Of a DNA stretch of 32,000 bases, positions 9,348 through 21,127 are shown piece after piece (positions within the stretch are counted from its first letter, which is position 1; every line of letters starts with the position of its first letter). The position numbers and the translations under genes are program-made. The notes below the pieces were generated by a model. The model was not told the DNA's origin and searched no databases. It worked only from the letters and a program-made list of their open reading frames with translations. The stretch comes from Methanobacterium congolense (lineage in GTDB: Archaea; Methanobacteriota; Methanobacteria; Methanobacteriales; Methanobacteriaceae). The stretch spans positions 465,163 through 497,162 of the forward strand of contig NZ_LT607756.1 in the NCBI RefSeq assembly GCF_900095295.1, read 5' to 3'.

Positions 9348-10310
9348 ATGGTAAGTGTCAATCTTGAAGCAAAAAAAACATTGGATCAGATGATAGAAAA
9401 TGCAGAGGAACTCAACGTAGCAGTTTCAAAACTCGATAACGGTGCAACAGTAATTGACTGTGGTGTGAACGTTGCAGGAAGCTTTAAAGCAGGAGAACTT
9501 TACACCAAGATCTGCCTTGGTGGACTGGCAGAGGTTGGAATATCCATACCAGGCGACCTTTCAGAGAACTTTGCAATACCCTCCGTTAAGATAAAAACAG
9601 ACTTCCCTGCAATATCAACACTCGGAGCACAGAAAGCAGGATGGTCAGTCAGTGTGGGAGACTTCTTTGCACTTGGATCCGGACCTGCAAGGGCCCTTGC
9701 ACTCAAACCTGCAGAAACCTATGAAGAAATAGGATACAAAGACGATGCAGACATTGCAATATTAACACTTGAAGCTGACAAATTACCTGGAGCAGACGTT
9801 GCAGAATCAATAGCATCAGACTGCGGTGTTTCACCAGAAAACGTTTACCTACTTGTAGCACCAACATCCTCCCTTGTTGGTTCAATCCAAATAGCTGGAA
9901 GGGTAGTTGAAAACGGAACCTACAAGATGCTTGAATTCCTCAAATTCGACGTCACAAAGGTTAAACATGCAGCAGGTATAGCACCAATAGCACCAGTTGA
10001 CCCAGACGGACTCAAAGCAATGGGTAAAACCAACGACGCAGTTCTATTTGGGGGCAGAACCTACTACTACATAGAATCCGAAGAGGGAGATGACATAAAA
10101 TCAGTTGCAGACCAACTACCATCTGCATCCTCAGATGGATTCGGTAAACCATTCTACGATGTCTTCAAAGAAGCTGGATTCGACTTCTACAAAATAGACA
10201 AAGGAATGTTTGCACCTGCAGAAGTTGTTATAAACGACCTTAGAACTGGAGAAATGTTCCGTGCAGGAGCAGTGAACGTTGAACTTCTGAAGAAGTCCTT
10301 TGGAATTTAA
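9348..10310 (+). CDS. mch: Methenyltetrahydromethanopterin cyclohydrolase
   Basis: Full-length 320-aa match to the Mch pattern: MVSVN...IDCGV...GGLA...TLGAQKAGW...ALGSGPARA...FGGRTYYY. GAGGTGA SD. Confidence 0.95.
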   Translation: MVSVNLEAKKTLDQMIENAEELNVAVSKLDNGATVIDCGVNVAGSFKAGELYTKICLGGLAEVGISIPGDLSENFAIPSVKIKTDFPAISTLGAQKAGWSVSVGDFFALGSGPARALALKPAETYEEIGYKDDADIAILTLEADKLPGADVAESIASDCGVSPENVYLLVAPTSSLVGSIQIAGRVVENGTYKMLEFLKFDVTKVKHAAGIAPIAPVDPDGLKAMGKTNDAVLFGGRTYYYIESEEGDDIKSVADQLPSASSDGFGKPFYDVFKEAGFDFYKIDKGMFAPAEVVINDLRTGEMFRAGAVNVELLKKSFGI

Positions 10311-10556
10311 AAGTTCATTTGGAATTTTAAAATCTTTTAAATCATGAAACTACCTTAAAATATTTTTTTATTTCTTATTTTTTTACAGATTTTATTTTAA
10401 ACTTATTTTAAAGTGGATTTAAAGCAGGTTCTTTTCGAATTAAGTTTGTGGTTGAGTTCACTTAATTTCAAATATTTTCAAAATATATTTTATAGACCTG
10501 TTCATAAATTAGGTTAAAGAAAAAAAATGGATTTAAGAAATTTAAGAAAATTTTAA

Positions 10557-11081
<525 letters not shown>

Positions 11082-11413
11082 GATTTTGCTCAGCCCTACT
11101 CAGAGTTGAGGATGTAAAGACTTAAAAAGAAGCCTTAAATTTATTTCTTATATTTTAATTTATATTTTTTTAAAAAAATAGTAATTTAAAGATTTAATAA
11201 TTTAACGATTAAATTTTAAAAATTCAACATTTAAAAGAATTTAAACTATTAAAGGGTTTAAATTATTATAAAAAAAATATTTGTAAAGATTTTTTTGGCA
11301 TTAAAATAATTTAATAGACATTTTATGGATTCAAGTTAAACTTATATCCTCTGAAGATCATAAAGTATGTTACATAATGTGTGTTAACTAAGAGTTTTTT
11401 GGAGGTCTTTTAA

Positions 11414-11734
11414 GTGAAAGATGAAGTATTTTTTAGTAAAGGAATGAGCCATCTTAAAGAGGACTACCCGGATCTTTACGACCTCAGTGTTACATTGAAC
11501 GATACCTGTTACACTGGAAAGGTTCTAGACTACAAAACACAGAAGTTAATGGCAATAGCCATAACTGCAGCTGCTTCTGATGACAGAGCTATTAAAAAAC
11601 AAATTTTAAGCGGTATGAAGGAGCTTGACATAACCAAAGATGAAATAATGGATGTTTTAAGGGTTGTGCTCCTTACAGCTGGAAAACCTGCATTCACGAA
11701 GGCTGTAAGAATACTTTACAAAGTGTCAGACTAA
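11414..11734 (+). CDS. Carboxymuconolactone decarboxylase (AhpD-like) family protein lacking the CxxC motif
   Basis: GTG start 9 nt after GGAGGT. LDYKTQKLMAIAITAAASDD...ITKDEIMDVLRVVLLTAGKPA fits the CMD helical repeat. The usual Cys positions are not present. Confidence 0.75.
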   Translation: MKDEVFFSKGMSHLKEDYPDLYDLSVTLNDTCYTGKVLDYKTQKLMAIAITAAASDDRAIKKQILSGMKELDITKDEIMDVLRVVLLTAGKPAFTKAVRILYKVSD

Positions 11735-12027
11735 TGGACACCACCTTTCTTCTTTTTAATTTTTGAAGTTTCCTTGAATATTTTCGGTTAATTTAAATAA
11801 TCCCTTTTCAAGATAGTAATGTACCCTGAATTTGAAGGGTAAAACTTTTTAAATAGGAATTAACCAATAGTGATCATCGCTTATTTTGGTGATATGGAAA
11901 TATGATTTTAGGATCATCTTTGATCAATTAAGATTGTATTCAACAATTGATATCTTAGGATGTCAAACCTATTTTGGGACGAATAATCCCTGGATGTGGC
12001 GAAAGCTGAACAAAAGAGGTGTATTTA

Positions 12028-12573
12028 ATGTACAAATATATAAGAGATGCATGGAAAAACCCAGATGACTCCTACGTCAAGGAACTAATGCGTGAAAGAG
12101 TTCCAGTCTGGAGAAAAGAAAGTGTAATCAAGAGGATAGACAAACCTACCAGAATCGACAGAGCACGATCCTTAGGCTACAAAGCCAAAAAAGGATACGT
12201 AGTTGCAAGAATTCGAGTCCGCAGAGGTGGAAGGCGAAAAACAAGATTCACAGCAGGTAGGAAGCCTAAAAGAATGGGTGTTAACAAAATAACCCCTAAA
12301 AAATCCATCAAAAGAATTGCAGAAGAGAGGGTTGCAAGAAAATACCCTAACCTTGAAGTTCTTAACTCATACTGGGTATGGGAAGATGGAAAATTCAAAT
12401 TCTTCGAAGTAATCCTTGTTGACCCAAACAGTCCTTCAATCAAAAACGATCCAAAGATCAACTGGATCTGTGAGAAACAGCACACAAGTCGTGTGTTCAG
12501 AGGCCTTACAAGTGAGGGTAAAAAGACAAGGGGACTCCGAGTTAAAGGAAAAGGTTCAGAGAAGGCAAGGTAA
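12028..12573 (+). CDS. rpl15e: 50S ribosomal protein L15e
   Basis: [12 protein letters not shown]...[11 protein letters not shown]-like basic core. The ATG at 12028 follows AGAGGTG. Confidence 0.95.
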   Translation: MYKYIRDAWKNPDDSYVKELMRERVPVWRKESVIKRIDKPTRIDRARSLGYKAKKGYVVARIRVRRGGRRKTRFTAGRKPKRMGVNKITPKKSIKRIAEERVARKYPNLEVLNSYWVWEDGKFKFFEVILVDPNSPSIKNDPKINWICEKQHTSRVFRGLTSEGKKTRGLRVKGKGSEKAR

Positions 12574-12576
12574 TCA

Positions 12577-12999
12577 ATGATCCATAACATCTCATACAGA
12601 GCATTTGTTTATGGAACAGAAAACCAGGAAAAAGTGGAAACAGGTATTAAAACCCTTTTTCCTTCTTCTTCACCCCAAAGTGAGCTCACAGAGGGTTACT
12701 ATAAAAATTCTGTTTTAATTTTAAGCGACAAGATCACCAAAAAAAGGGAAACACGGAATTTTGTCAAGATTTTAAATGAACTGCCTGTTCCTGATAAGAA
12801 AAGGATTTCACATCAACTGGAAAATAAAATAGATGATAATGGAAATCTATTTTTAAGATTCGACAAGCAAAGGGCGTACCTTGGGGATCTGAAGGTGGTT
12901 GAACATGGTGATTCGATCCATGTTAAAATAAAGATAGCTGCCTACCCTGCAAAGAAGGAGATAGCACTGAAGCTTGCAAGGGAAATGTTTGAAATCTAA
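12577..12999 (+). CDS. Conserved archaeal RNA-binding protein of the exosome superoperon (COG1931/DUF54-like)
   Basis: 140 aa, starting 3 nt after the L15e stop. Its position between L15e and Rpp30 is the conserved superoperon slot. Confidence 0.75.
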   Translation: MIHNISYRAFVYGTENQEKVETGIKTLFPSSSPQSELTEGYYKNSVLILSDKITKKRETRNFVKILNELPVPDKKRISHQLENKIDDNGNLFLRFDKQRAYLGDLKVVEHGDSIHVKIKIAAYPAKKEIALKLAREMFEI

Positions 13000-13314
13000 C
13001 ATTTTTTTATATACTTCAAATCATTTGTATTTCAATCAATTCTATCAATTTCAATCAAATTTAGATTTCAAAATTCTTTTAAATTATAACTTAATTAACA
13101 TTTATAATCCTATAAAGGATGCTGAACGAAATTAATAATTTAACGAGTATTTCAGTAATCCTCCATTTATCATGAATCAAAATGAAAAATAATTTCCTCT
13201 ATTTCCTCCAATAATTTCTTAATAAATCTTTTTACTAAACTAATAATAAAATCCTAAATCAGTGATTGTATGGTGGAATACCAGAGTAGACGTAAAAATA
13301 CTGGGTGATAAAAC

Positions 13315-14025
13315 ATGTTCTTCGATTTTCACTTCCACGGCGGTAGAAAACTCCTCATGGAAGCAGAGAGGTTGGGTTATTCTGGAGTAGCAGTTGTAAA
13401 GTATATGGATGATTACAACAAAGAATTTTTGAATCATCTCATGGAGTTAAAAGAAGAATTCAATGAAAAGTCCCAAGACAGAAGTTTCATGATCTACAGT
13501 GGCGTTGAGATCACCCCAAAAAACCCTGAAGACCTTAAACGAAAGGTTCAAAAGTTCCGCAAAAAGGCGGATGTTGTCATGGTTAAGGGAGGCGATCTGA
13601 AGATAAACAGGGCTGCATGTGAAGATCCTCGCATTGATGTGTTGTCCCAACCCTACAAGAATCGTAGAGACAGTGGAATGAACCACGTCCTTGCAAAGAA
13701 GGCTGCAGAAAACAGTGTTGCTGTTGAGATAAACCTTAAATATCTTCTCAAAACAAATCCCAGAAACAGGTACCGGGTTTTAAATCAGTTCCAGCAGATC
13801 GTGAAACTTCAAAGAAAGTTCAACTTTCCAATCATGACCACGTCTGCTGCAGCATCGATTTACGACCTCAGAACTCCTCAAGATGTAACTGCACTTTCGA
13901 GATGCTTCGGATTGACCAGGGAAGAGGCAGTTGAAACAATATCCAAGACTCCTCAGGAAATAATAAAAAGGGATGAATTAAGAAGCAGTGTTGTTGTTGA
14001 GGGTGTGCGAACGATTTCTACATGA
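13315..14025 (+). CDS. rnp3: RNase P protein component 3 (Rpp30)
   Basis: MFFDFHFHG start (PHP/TIM-barrel type), 236 aa, GGGTGAT SD, and the expected superoperon position. Confidence 0.87.
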   Translation: MFFDFHFHGGRKLLMEAERLGYSGVAVVKYMDDYNKEFLNHLMELKEEFNEKSQDRSFMIYSGVEITPKNPEDLKRKVQKFRKKADVVMVKGGDLKINRAACEDPRIDVLSQPYKNRRDSGMNHVLAKKAAENSVAVEINLKYLLKTNPRNRYRVLNQFQQIVKLQRKFNFPIMTTSAAASIYDLRTPQDVTALSRCFGLTREEAVETISKTPQEIIKRDELRSSVVVEGVRTIST

Positions 14026-14287
14026 ATAACGTCCATGTTTCACGGTTTAAATTAATAAATTAAGAAGATTCAAACGTACTATCTGTTATATTCTCATTCC
14101 GTGGTATCATCAAGGATTACGTCAAGGATTAAATATTATATTCTGTATAATCTTAATTCCTTAGTAATTGAAGTTGATTCGTAATTCTTTCTCAGGCATA
14201 TATCAGATAACTAGTATTTAATTTAGTGGATGAATAGTTAGATGTTAGATAAACAGATATTAGATAAATATGTTGTAAGATGATTAA

Positions 14288-14653
14288 ATGAAGCTTAAAA
14301 TACTCCCACCGACTCTCCGTGTAAAGAAAAGGTACGTTACATTTGAGTTGATATCCCAAATACCCTTAAGACGTGAAGATGTGATATTCATCATTGGTGA
14401 AGCTTCACAGGATCTCTACGGGGCATGTGGTACCAGCCGCTTTGATTTGTGGCTTGTTAAACTCTGGAAATGTCACTCAACTCCGGATGAAACTGTTATG
14501 AAGGGCATCTTCCGATGCAACCGTGATGAACTGGAATCTGTCATGGCAATAATCCCGACCATAACCCGGTTTAAAGGTCGAAGAGTTGTTTTTCACACCC
14601 TTGGAATTTCAGGGACAATTAAATCTGCAATAAAAAAGTTTATTAAACCATGA
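14288..14653 (+). CDS. rnp2: RNase P protein component 2 (Pop5)
   Basis: LPPTLRVKKRYVTFEL N-terminus typical of Pop5. 121 aa, located next to Rpp30. Confidence 0.85.
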   Translation: MKLKILPPTLRVKKRYVTFELISQIPLRREDVIFIIGEASQDLYGACGTSRFDLWLVKLWKCHSTPDETVMKGIFRCNRDELESVMAIIPTITRFKGRRVVFHTLGISGTIKSAIKKFIKP

Positions 14654-14861
14654 AAATAAGATGATTAATTAGTTTGAAATAAATATTCAAATACATTTTA
14701 TAAAATGTGCATAAGTACAGACGATCTGAGAATAAAAACGTGGCTATGACTTCAAATCCTTGTTTTTTTATGTAGATGGATTTGATGTGGTGAATTTGGT
14801 AATGGCCGCAGTCAGATTGAATTTCATTTCTAATTTGAGAAAAAGATAGAGAGGTATTTAT

Positions 14862-15611
<750 letters not shown>

Positions 15612-15614
15612 ATT

Positions 15615-16310
15615 ATGGTTACTCTTGAAGATGCAGTTATAGCCCGTTTGGAGTACTACGGAGAACATTTTGAGATCCTTGTAGACCCAGATCTTGCATC
15701 GGACTTTAAAAGAGGCGAAGACATAAAGATCGAAGACGTACTTGCAGTTGAGGAAGTATTTAAAGATGCAAGGAAGGGGGATAAAGCTTCTGAAGAGGCC
15801 ATGATGAAGGCCTTCAGCACCGTTGATCCTATAGAAGCTGCTCCAACCATAATCAAAAAGGGACATGTGCAGTTAACTGCCCAGCAACGTAAGGAAATGC
15901 AGGAAGAGAAGCGAAAGATGATCGTTGCAACCATAACCCGAGAATCAATAAACCCCCAGACGAAACTTCCACACCCTGCAAGAAGGATAGAAATAGCAAT
16001 GGAAGAATGCAAGATCCATGTTGATCCATTCAAAAGCGTTGATGAACAGGTTAAAACAGTTCTCAAAGCCATACGTACCAAGATACCCATACGGTTTGAG
16101 AAGGTGAAGGTTGCAGTGAAAATACCTGGAGACTTCACAGGCAAGGCCTATGGAGCAGTATCTGAATTTGGCACCATAAAAAATGAGGAATGGCAGCAGG
16201 ATGGCTCATGGGTAGCAGTCATCGAAATACCTGGAGGACTGCAGGACAGTTTCTACACTAAGATGAGCGAACTTACGCATGGACAGGTGGAAACAAAGCT
16301 GATCAAATGA
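15615..16310 (+). CDS. SBDS/Sdo1 ribosome maturation protein
   Basis: [17 protein letters not shown] and the three-domain length (231 aa). It starts 3 nt after the psmA stop. Confidence 0.92.
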   Translation: MVTLEDAVIARLEYYGEHFEILVDPDLASDFKRGEDIKIEDVLAVEEVFKDARKGDKASEEAMMKAFSTVDPIEAAPTIIKKGHVQLTAQQRKEMQEEKRKMIVATITRESINPQTKLPHPARRIEIAMEECKIHVDPFKSVDEQVKTVLKAIRTKIPIRFEKVKVAVKIPGDFTGKAYGAVSEFGTIKNEEWQQDGSWVAVIEIPGGLQDSFYTKMSELTHGQVETKLIK

Positions 16311-16380
16311 TTTAGATGTTTATTCAGGTAAACCATCTATAATTCTTATTTTTTGGCATTCCATGTAAAGGAGGCAGAAT

Positions 16381-17169
16381 GTGATATTTGTAGATGATAA
16401 GGAAATAGTGATTCCAGGTGATGTTCTTGCAGATGAAGAATATCACGCAGGAAGAGGGACTTTCAGGGAAGATAACAAAATATGCTCATCCCTTGTAGGT
16501 CTTGTGGCCATAAGAGACAAAAAAATAAGTGTAATACCTCTACAGAGCAAGTACATTCCAAGACGGGGTGATGTTGTCATTGGGGAAATCACAGACATAA
16601 GATTTTCCATGTGGAATCTGGATATAAACTCTCCCTACTCTGGATTTTTACCAGCTTCAGATGTTTTTGGAAAGGAGAAAAGGGAACTTAACAAAACCTT
16701 TGATGTTGGAGACGTTCTATTTTTAAGGGTAGTGGATGTTGATGAGGTCAAAAAAGTTAAACTCGGCCTTAAAGGACGAGGTCTTGGAAAATTCAGGGGA
16801 GGAATTCTCATAAACATCACCCCAACCAAGGTACCAAGGCTCATAGGTAAAAAAGGTTCCATGATAAACATGATAAAAGATGAAACCCACTGTGATGTTG
16901 TTGTAGGACAGAACGGAGTTGTGTGGGTTAAAGGGGAACCTTCCATGGAACGAGTTGCTGAGAAGGTTATAAAGATGATCGAGGAGCAGGCTCACACCTC
17001 AGGATTGACAGATCGGGTGAGGGAAATGCTTTCAGAACTTCTTGGTAAAGAAACTTCAGAAGATGAAGAAAGTTTTGAAGCAGATAAAAAGGCTTCAGAA
17101 CATGAGGACAGTTCCGAAGAAGATGCTCCTGAAGAGGAAGAAGAAAATGGAGAGGAATTGATCCAGTAA
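16381..17169 (+). CDS. rrp4: Exosome complex RNA-binding subunit Rrp4 (S1 + KH) with an acidic C-terminal tail
   Basis: GTG start 6 nt after GGAGG. S1 region [13 protein letters not shown] and KH region [13 protein letters not shown]. The last ~40 aa are Glu/Asp/Ser-rich. Confidence 0.92.
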   Translation: MIFVDDKEIVIPGDVLADEEYHAGRGTFREDNKICSSLVGLVAIRDKKISVIPLQSKYIPRRGDVVIGEITDIRFSMWNLDINSPYSGFLPASDVFGKEKRELNKTFDVGDVLFLRVVDVDEVKKVKLGLKGRGLGKFRGGILINITPTKVPRLIGKKGSMINMIKDETHCDVVVGQNGVVWVKGEPSMERVAEKVIKMIEEQAHTSGLTDRVREMLSELLGKETSEDEESFEADKKASEHEDSSEEDAPEEEEENGEELIQ

Positions 17170-17185
17170 AGGGGTGATTATTATT

Positions 17186-17902
17186 ATGGCAGATAGTAAT
17201 TTAAGCACAGGTACAGAAACCAGTGCAAGGGCTGATGGAAGAGCTTTTGATGAATTAAGACCATTCAAAATAGAAGCAGGAGTACTTGAAAGGGCTGATG
17301 GTTCAGCTTACCTTGAAATTGGAGGTAACAAAGTCCTTGTGGCTGTATATGGGCCAAGAGAACTCCACATAAGGAGATTGATGCAGCCAAACAAGGCGGT
17401 TTTAAGGTGTAAATACAACATGGCTCCCTTTTCAGTGGACGACCGTAAAAGACCCGGACCAGATCGCAGATCAGTTGAGATATCAAAGATAACCTCTGAA
17501 GCACTAACACCTGCAGTTTTTCTTGAGAAGTTTCCAAGATCAACCATAGATGTCTTCATCGAGGTGATAGAGGCTGAAGGAGGAACAAGATGTGCTGGTA
17601 TAACTGCTGCGTCAGTTGCACTTGCAGATGCAGGTATACCCATGAGGGACATGGTTGTGGCATGTGCAGCTGGAAAATCCAATGGTCAGGTTGTATTGGA
17701 TCTTTCAGAGCTTGAGGATAAAGAAGGTGAGGCAGACCTTCCAGTAGCTATGATGCCAAGAACCGGTGATATTACACTTCTTCAGATGGATGGCCATCTC
17801 ACAGGTGATGAATTTGAAAAGGCCATTGATCTTGCAATGGATGGATGCAAAAAATTAGGTGAGGCACAGAAGCAGGCCATAATAAACAGGTATGGTGATT
17901 AA
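17186..17902 (+). CDS. rrp41: Exosome complex exonuclease Rrp41 (RNase PH-like, catalytic)
   Basis: [12 protein letters not shown]...[23 protein letters not shown]...[11 protein letters not shown]. The ATG at 17186 follows GGGGTGAT. Confidence 0.94.
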   Translation: MADSNLSTGTETSARADGRAFDELRPFKIEAGVLERADGSAYLEIGGNKVLVAVYGPRELHIRRLMQPNKAVLRCKYNMAPFSVDDRKRPGPDRRSVEISKITSEALTPAVFLEKFPRSTIDVFIEVIEAEGGTRCAGITAASVALADAGIPMRDMVVACAAGKSNGQVVLDLSELEDKEGEADLPVAMMPRTGDITLLQMDGHLTGDEFEKAIDLAMDGCKKLGEAQKQAIINRYGD

Positions 17903-17903
17903 T

Positions 17904-18695
17904 ATGGTTACTATAATTCCTGAAATAATAAAGGAAAGCATTACAAATCTTGTTAAAGAGGGAGAAAGAACAGATGGGAGAGCTTTTGATGAATATCGTG
18001 AAGTATCCCTTGAAACTGGTATCATCACTAAAGCAGAGGGTTCTGCCAGGGTTAAACTAGGAAAAACCCAGATAGTGGTGGGTGCAAAACCTCAGATAGC
18101 CGAACCATTCTCAGACACACCCGGTATGGGTGTTTTAATGACGAATTCTGAGTTACTACCCATGGCAGCACCAAATTTCGAACCAGGACCACCTGATGAA
18201 CGTTCTGTTGAACTTGCAAGGGTTACAGACCGCTGTATTAGGGAAGGAAAAATCATCGACCTTGAAAAACTCTGTATAATTGAAGGGAAAAAGGTGTGGA
18301 TGATCTTTCTGGATCTTCACATAATTGACTACGACGGCAACCTCATGGATGCAGCAGTTCTTGGAAGTGTTGCAGCACTCTTAAACACCAGAATACCACA
18401 GACAAGGGTTGAAGATGGTGAAGTTGTCCTTGACACTGAAAACACAGTTCCATTACCAATCAATGAAAAAGCTTTGATGTGCACCTTCGCAAAGATAGGT
18501 GATGAATTACTCATAGATCCATCCCTTGAAGAAGAAGACATAATGGATGCCCGTATTTCAATTGGTGTAAGGGCTGATGGTAGTATATGTGCAATGCAGA
18601 AGGGTGGAGAAAAACCGTTCAAAAGAGAAGAAATCCTTAAAGCAGTCTCTATTGCAAGGGAAAAAACTGCTGAGCTTAGAGAGTATCTGGATTAA
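17904..18695 (+). CDS. rrp42: Exosome complex subunit Rrp42 (RNase PH-like, non-catalytic)
   Basis: [18 protein letters not shown]...[17 protein letters not shown]. The ATG at 17904 follows GGTGAT. The track start at 17892 is an in-frame alternative. Confidence 0.93.
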   Translation: MVTIIPEIIKESITNLVKEGERTDGRAFDEYREVSLETGIITKAEGSARVKLGKTQIVVGAKPQIAEPFSDTPGMGVLMTNSELLPMAAPNFEPGPPDERSVELARVTDRCIREGKIIDLEKLCIIEGKKVWMIFLDLHIIDYDGNLMDAAVLGSVAALLNTRIPQTRVEDGEVVLDTENTVPLPINEKALMCTFAKIGDELLIDPSLEEEDIMDARISIGVRADGSICAMQKGGEKPFKREEILKAVSIAREKTAELREYLD

Positions 18696-18938
18696 AAATC
18701 CGGATCAATCTTTTCTTTACCCATGTCTATTTAAGGTATGACTTGATACTATAATAGTTCAACAACAGTTTTAATAACCCCTGACACTAATATCTATAAT
18801 AATTCTATTTATGCCATGAATTTTAATGAATATTAATGTTATTATGGTAATTATTAAAGTTCTGGGTAAGATCAGGGCCAGTGATTCATTCATGGCGACC
18901 TATCAAAAATTCAAAAAATCAAATTTAAAGGTGATATA

Positions 18939-19208
18939 ATGGCAAGAACTAAGAAAGTAGGAATAACCGGAAGATTCGGTGCAAGATACGGAAGGAAAGC
19001 AAAAAGATCCGTTAAATCAGTAGAAGAAAGCATGAAAAAGAATCATGTTTGCCCTCAATGTGACAGACCTGGTGTAAAAAGGGTTTCAGCAGGAATATGG
19101 AAATGCAGGAAATGTGGTGCAGTATTCACTGGTGGAGCATACCTTCCATCAACTCCAATGGGAAGAACAGCTACCAGGAACATAAAGAGGATAGTTGGAG
19201 GCTTATAA
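18939..19208 (+). CDS. rpl37ae: 50S ribosomal protein L37Ae (zinc ribbon)
   Basis: [11 protein letters not shown] and CPQC...CRKC. AGGTGAT SD. Confidence 0.96.
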   Translation: MARTKKVGITGRFGARYGRKAKRSVKSVEESMKKNHVCPQCDRPGVKRVSAGIWKCRKCGAVFTGGAYLPSTPMGRTATRNIKRIVGGL

Positions 19209-19340
19209 TTGTATAAATGTGGAAAATGTGGTACTTTAGTAGATATTAAAGGATACACAGAGTCCAAATGTCCAAGTTGCAGGTACAGGATACTTTTCAA
19301 AGTAATACCTCCTGTGAAAAGGACGATAAAAGCAAGATAA
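19209..19340 (+). CDS. rpoP: DNA-directed RNA polymerase subunit P (Rpo12/RpoP), 43 aa, TTG start
   Basis: Not in the ORF track because it is under 60 aa. The TTG at 19209 is 7 nt after GGAGG and immediately follows the L37Ae stop. It translates (M)[42 protein letters not shown]. This is the CxxC...CxxC zinc ribbon with the RILFK motif of RpoP, in the canonical position after L37Ae. Confidence 0.85.
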   Translation: MYKCGKCGTLVDIKGYTESKCPSCRYRILFKVIPPVKRTIKAR

Positions 19341-19392
19341 TCTTTGAAGGTAGTTTTTTACTATTTTCAATATGGAACTGATAGGGTATCCC

Positions 19393-19884
19393 ATGTTAAT
19401 AACCACATCTAGGAAGCCTTCTCAGAGAACAAGATCCTTCTGTAAAAGTTTAGATAGAGTTATAAACTCGGAATACACTAACAGGGGGAAGATGAGCCTG
19501 CGTAATGTTTTGTTAAAATCTTCGCAGTTGGGATTTGACAAAACTGCAGTGATCTCCGAGACCAAGGGTAACCCTTCTAAGATAGATTTTTACAATGAAA
19601 AAGGGGATATTGTCCTTTCTATGGATGTTACAGTATCCATCACAAATTCCAAGGGCAGGGTGAAGATCAAAGAACTTTCCCTGAAATCTGAGATGGATGA
19701 CCTTAACATTTTAGGAGAATTATTGGGTGTTCCAAAATGTATGGAAACCCTCAAACGGGAAAACGTCCTGGTTCTTAAGAAAGGAGACAATGAAAGAAGG
19801 GCTATAATGGAATTTTATGATTCCAAAGGATTGATAACCGGCCCCAAAATATACATCAAGGATTGGAGAATATTCCATGAGTAA
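19393..19884 (+). CDS. Brix-domain (Imp4-like) ribosome biogenesis protein
   Basis: MLITTSRKPSQRTRSFCKSL N-terminus typical of archaeal Brix proteins. The track start at 19372 adds 7 aa with no SD. Confidence 0.88.
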   Translation: MLITTSRKPSQRTRSFCKSLDRVINSEYTNRGKMSLRNVLLKSSQLGFDKTAVISETKGNPSKIDFYNEKGDIVLSMDVTVSITNSKGRVKIKELSLKSEMDDLNILGELLGVPKCMETLKRENVLVLKKGDNERRAIMEFYDSKGLITGPKIYIKDWRIFHE

Positions 19885-19910
19885 ACACATACCTACCGGG
19901 AGATGGAACT

Positions 19911-20183
19911 GTGGAAGTCCTTGAAGGTGTTGAAACAGAACTGGAAATGGAATTTGACACCCCTGAGGATGCAGAGATAATATTGAAATCAATAGAACCT
20001 GAAATTCGCACATCTCCCTCAGATAGGGCATCTGTAAGTGTTCATCTTGCAGGCAGCACCATAAGGATCAAGGTAGATGCAGAGGATGCAACTTCACTGC
20101 GTGCCTCTCTGAACTCTTACTTGAGATGGACTAAGCTGTCTTACGAAATTCTAGAACTTAAAAAATACATCAAAACCAAATAA
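19911..20183 (+). CDS. pcc1: KEOPS complex subunit Pcc1-like
   Basis: FDTPEDAEIILKSIEPE...IRIKVDAEDATSLRASLNSYLRW matches the Pcc1/CTAG pattern. GTG start after GGGAGATGG; the ATG at 19947 is an alternative start. Confidence 0.75.
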   Translation: MEVLEGVETELEMEFDTPEDAEIILKSIEPEIRTSPSDRASVSVHLAGSTIRIKVDAEDATSLRASLNSYLRWTKLSYEILELKKYIKTK

Positions 20184-20288
20184 GCTTTTTATGATAGTTT
20201 TGCATGATCATACAAAATTAACCATAAAATAAGGGCTTAAATGAAATTAAAAAAAAATTTAAGATAATTTTTCTTATGAGGTGATAAA

Positions 20289-20639
20289 ATGGAACTTCCA
20301 CAAAACATCCAGCATCAAATAGCTCAATTTCAGCAGGTGCAGCAGCAGGCACAGGCAATTTCAATGCAGAAACAGAGTGTAGAACTTCAGATAAAGGAAA
20401 CTCAAAAAGCACTTGACGAACTGAAAAAGGTTGAAGATGACAGCGACGTATACAAAACCGCAGGAAATCTTCTTGTAAAAGTTAAAAAAGACGAAATAAC
20501 TGCAGAACTTGAAGAAAAGGTTGAAACACTTGAACTTCGAGAGAAAACAGTGAAACGTCAAGAAGAGCGTATCATGAACAAACTCCAGGAAATGCAGGCA
20601 TCCCTTCAGGAAGCAATGCAGGGCGCAGGAATTTCCTAA
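20289..20639 (+). CDS. pfdB: Prefoldin beta subunit
   Basis: 116-aa coiled-coil protein: QQVQQQAQAI...ELKKVEDDSDVYKTAGNLLVKV...LELREKT. GAGGTGAT SD. Confidence 0.92.
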   Translation: MELPQNIQHQIAQFQQVQQQAQAISMQKQSVELQIKETQKALDELKKVEDDSDVYKTAGNLLVKVKKDEITAELEEKVETLELREKTVKRQEERIMNKLQEMQASLQEAMQGAGIS

Positions 20640-20681
20640 ATCCTTCATGATCTATCTAAATTCATTTAAGGAGTTAGTTTC

Positions 20682-20963
20682 TTGAGTAAACTCAAAAGGC
20701 TGAGCAGTGAAGATCTGGATACAATCTCAGAATTCACATCTTCAGCCGCAGAAAACTTTATTTTTAAAAAAATATCTAAAAAAGAGGTCATGGACTTCAA
20801 CGTAGATGTTGAAATGGATTATGAAGATGAACTCAACGTTGACGTCGAGGTTCACATCGTTTTCGATGAACTCTCAAATGCAAGTAATGAAATGGCCCAG
20901 GAAGCTGTTGATCATGCACTGGAGGAACTCGGTAAGTTCTTGGATGATAAATACAGAACATGA
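20682..20963 (+). CDS. Small acidic conserved archaeal protein (DUF3194/Mth677-like)
   Basis: TTG start 9 nt after AAGGAG, 93 aa. Its position after prefoldin beta matches what I recall from Methanothermobacter. The family name is from memory. Confidence 0.7.
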   Translation: MSKLKRLSSEDLDTISEFTSSAAENFIFKKISKKEVMDFNVDVEMDYEDELNVDVEVHIVFDELSNASNEMAQEAVDHALEELGKFLDDKYRT

Positions 20964-21096
20964 GTTTAAGGGAAGTCCTTTCAAAAATATTTCCTCCCCA
21001 AAATACCTCTAAAATTCCAGCTTTTTTTCATTGAAAACTTCATTATTACAAATCCAATCTTCAACAGAGGATAAGTAATACATTTTAGCATAAAAG

Positions 21097-21104
21097 TATT
21101 TATA
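21097..21104 (+). promoter_or_regulatory. TATA-box-like element (TATTTATA, preceded by a purine-rich AAAAG BRE-like stretch)
   Basis: It is centred about 25-27 nt upstream of G21128, the first base of a long helix (see the ncRNA candidate). Confidence 0.35.
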
Positions 21105-21127
21105 GTGGGCTGAACAATCATTCTTTA

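Noticed and set aside
11886-12068. 60-aa ORF overlapping the L15e start
   Set aside because: It is out of frame with rpl15e, has no SD and no recognisable sequence. The real L15e start (ATG 12028 after AGAGGTG) lies inside it.
18844-18939. 31-aa upstream ORF whose TAA overlaps the L37Ae ATG (TAATG)
   Set aside because: It has no SD and an unrecognisable basic peptide, and it sits in AT-rich spacer where such frames arise by chance. It would need ribosome profiling to be taken seriously.
20806-21012. 68-aa ORF overlapping the DUF3194-like gene in another frame
   Set aside because: Same-strand out-of-frame overlap with a better supported ORF, with no SD.
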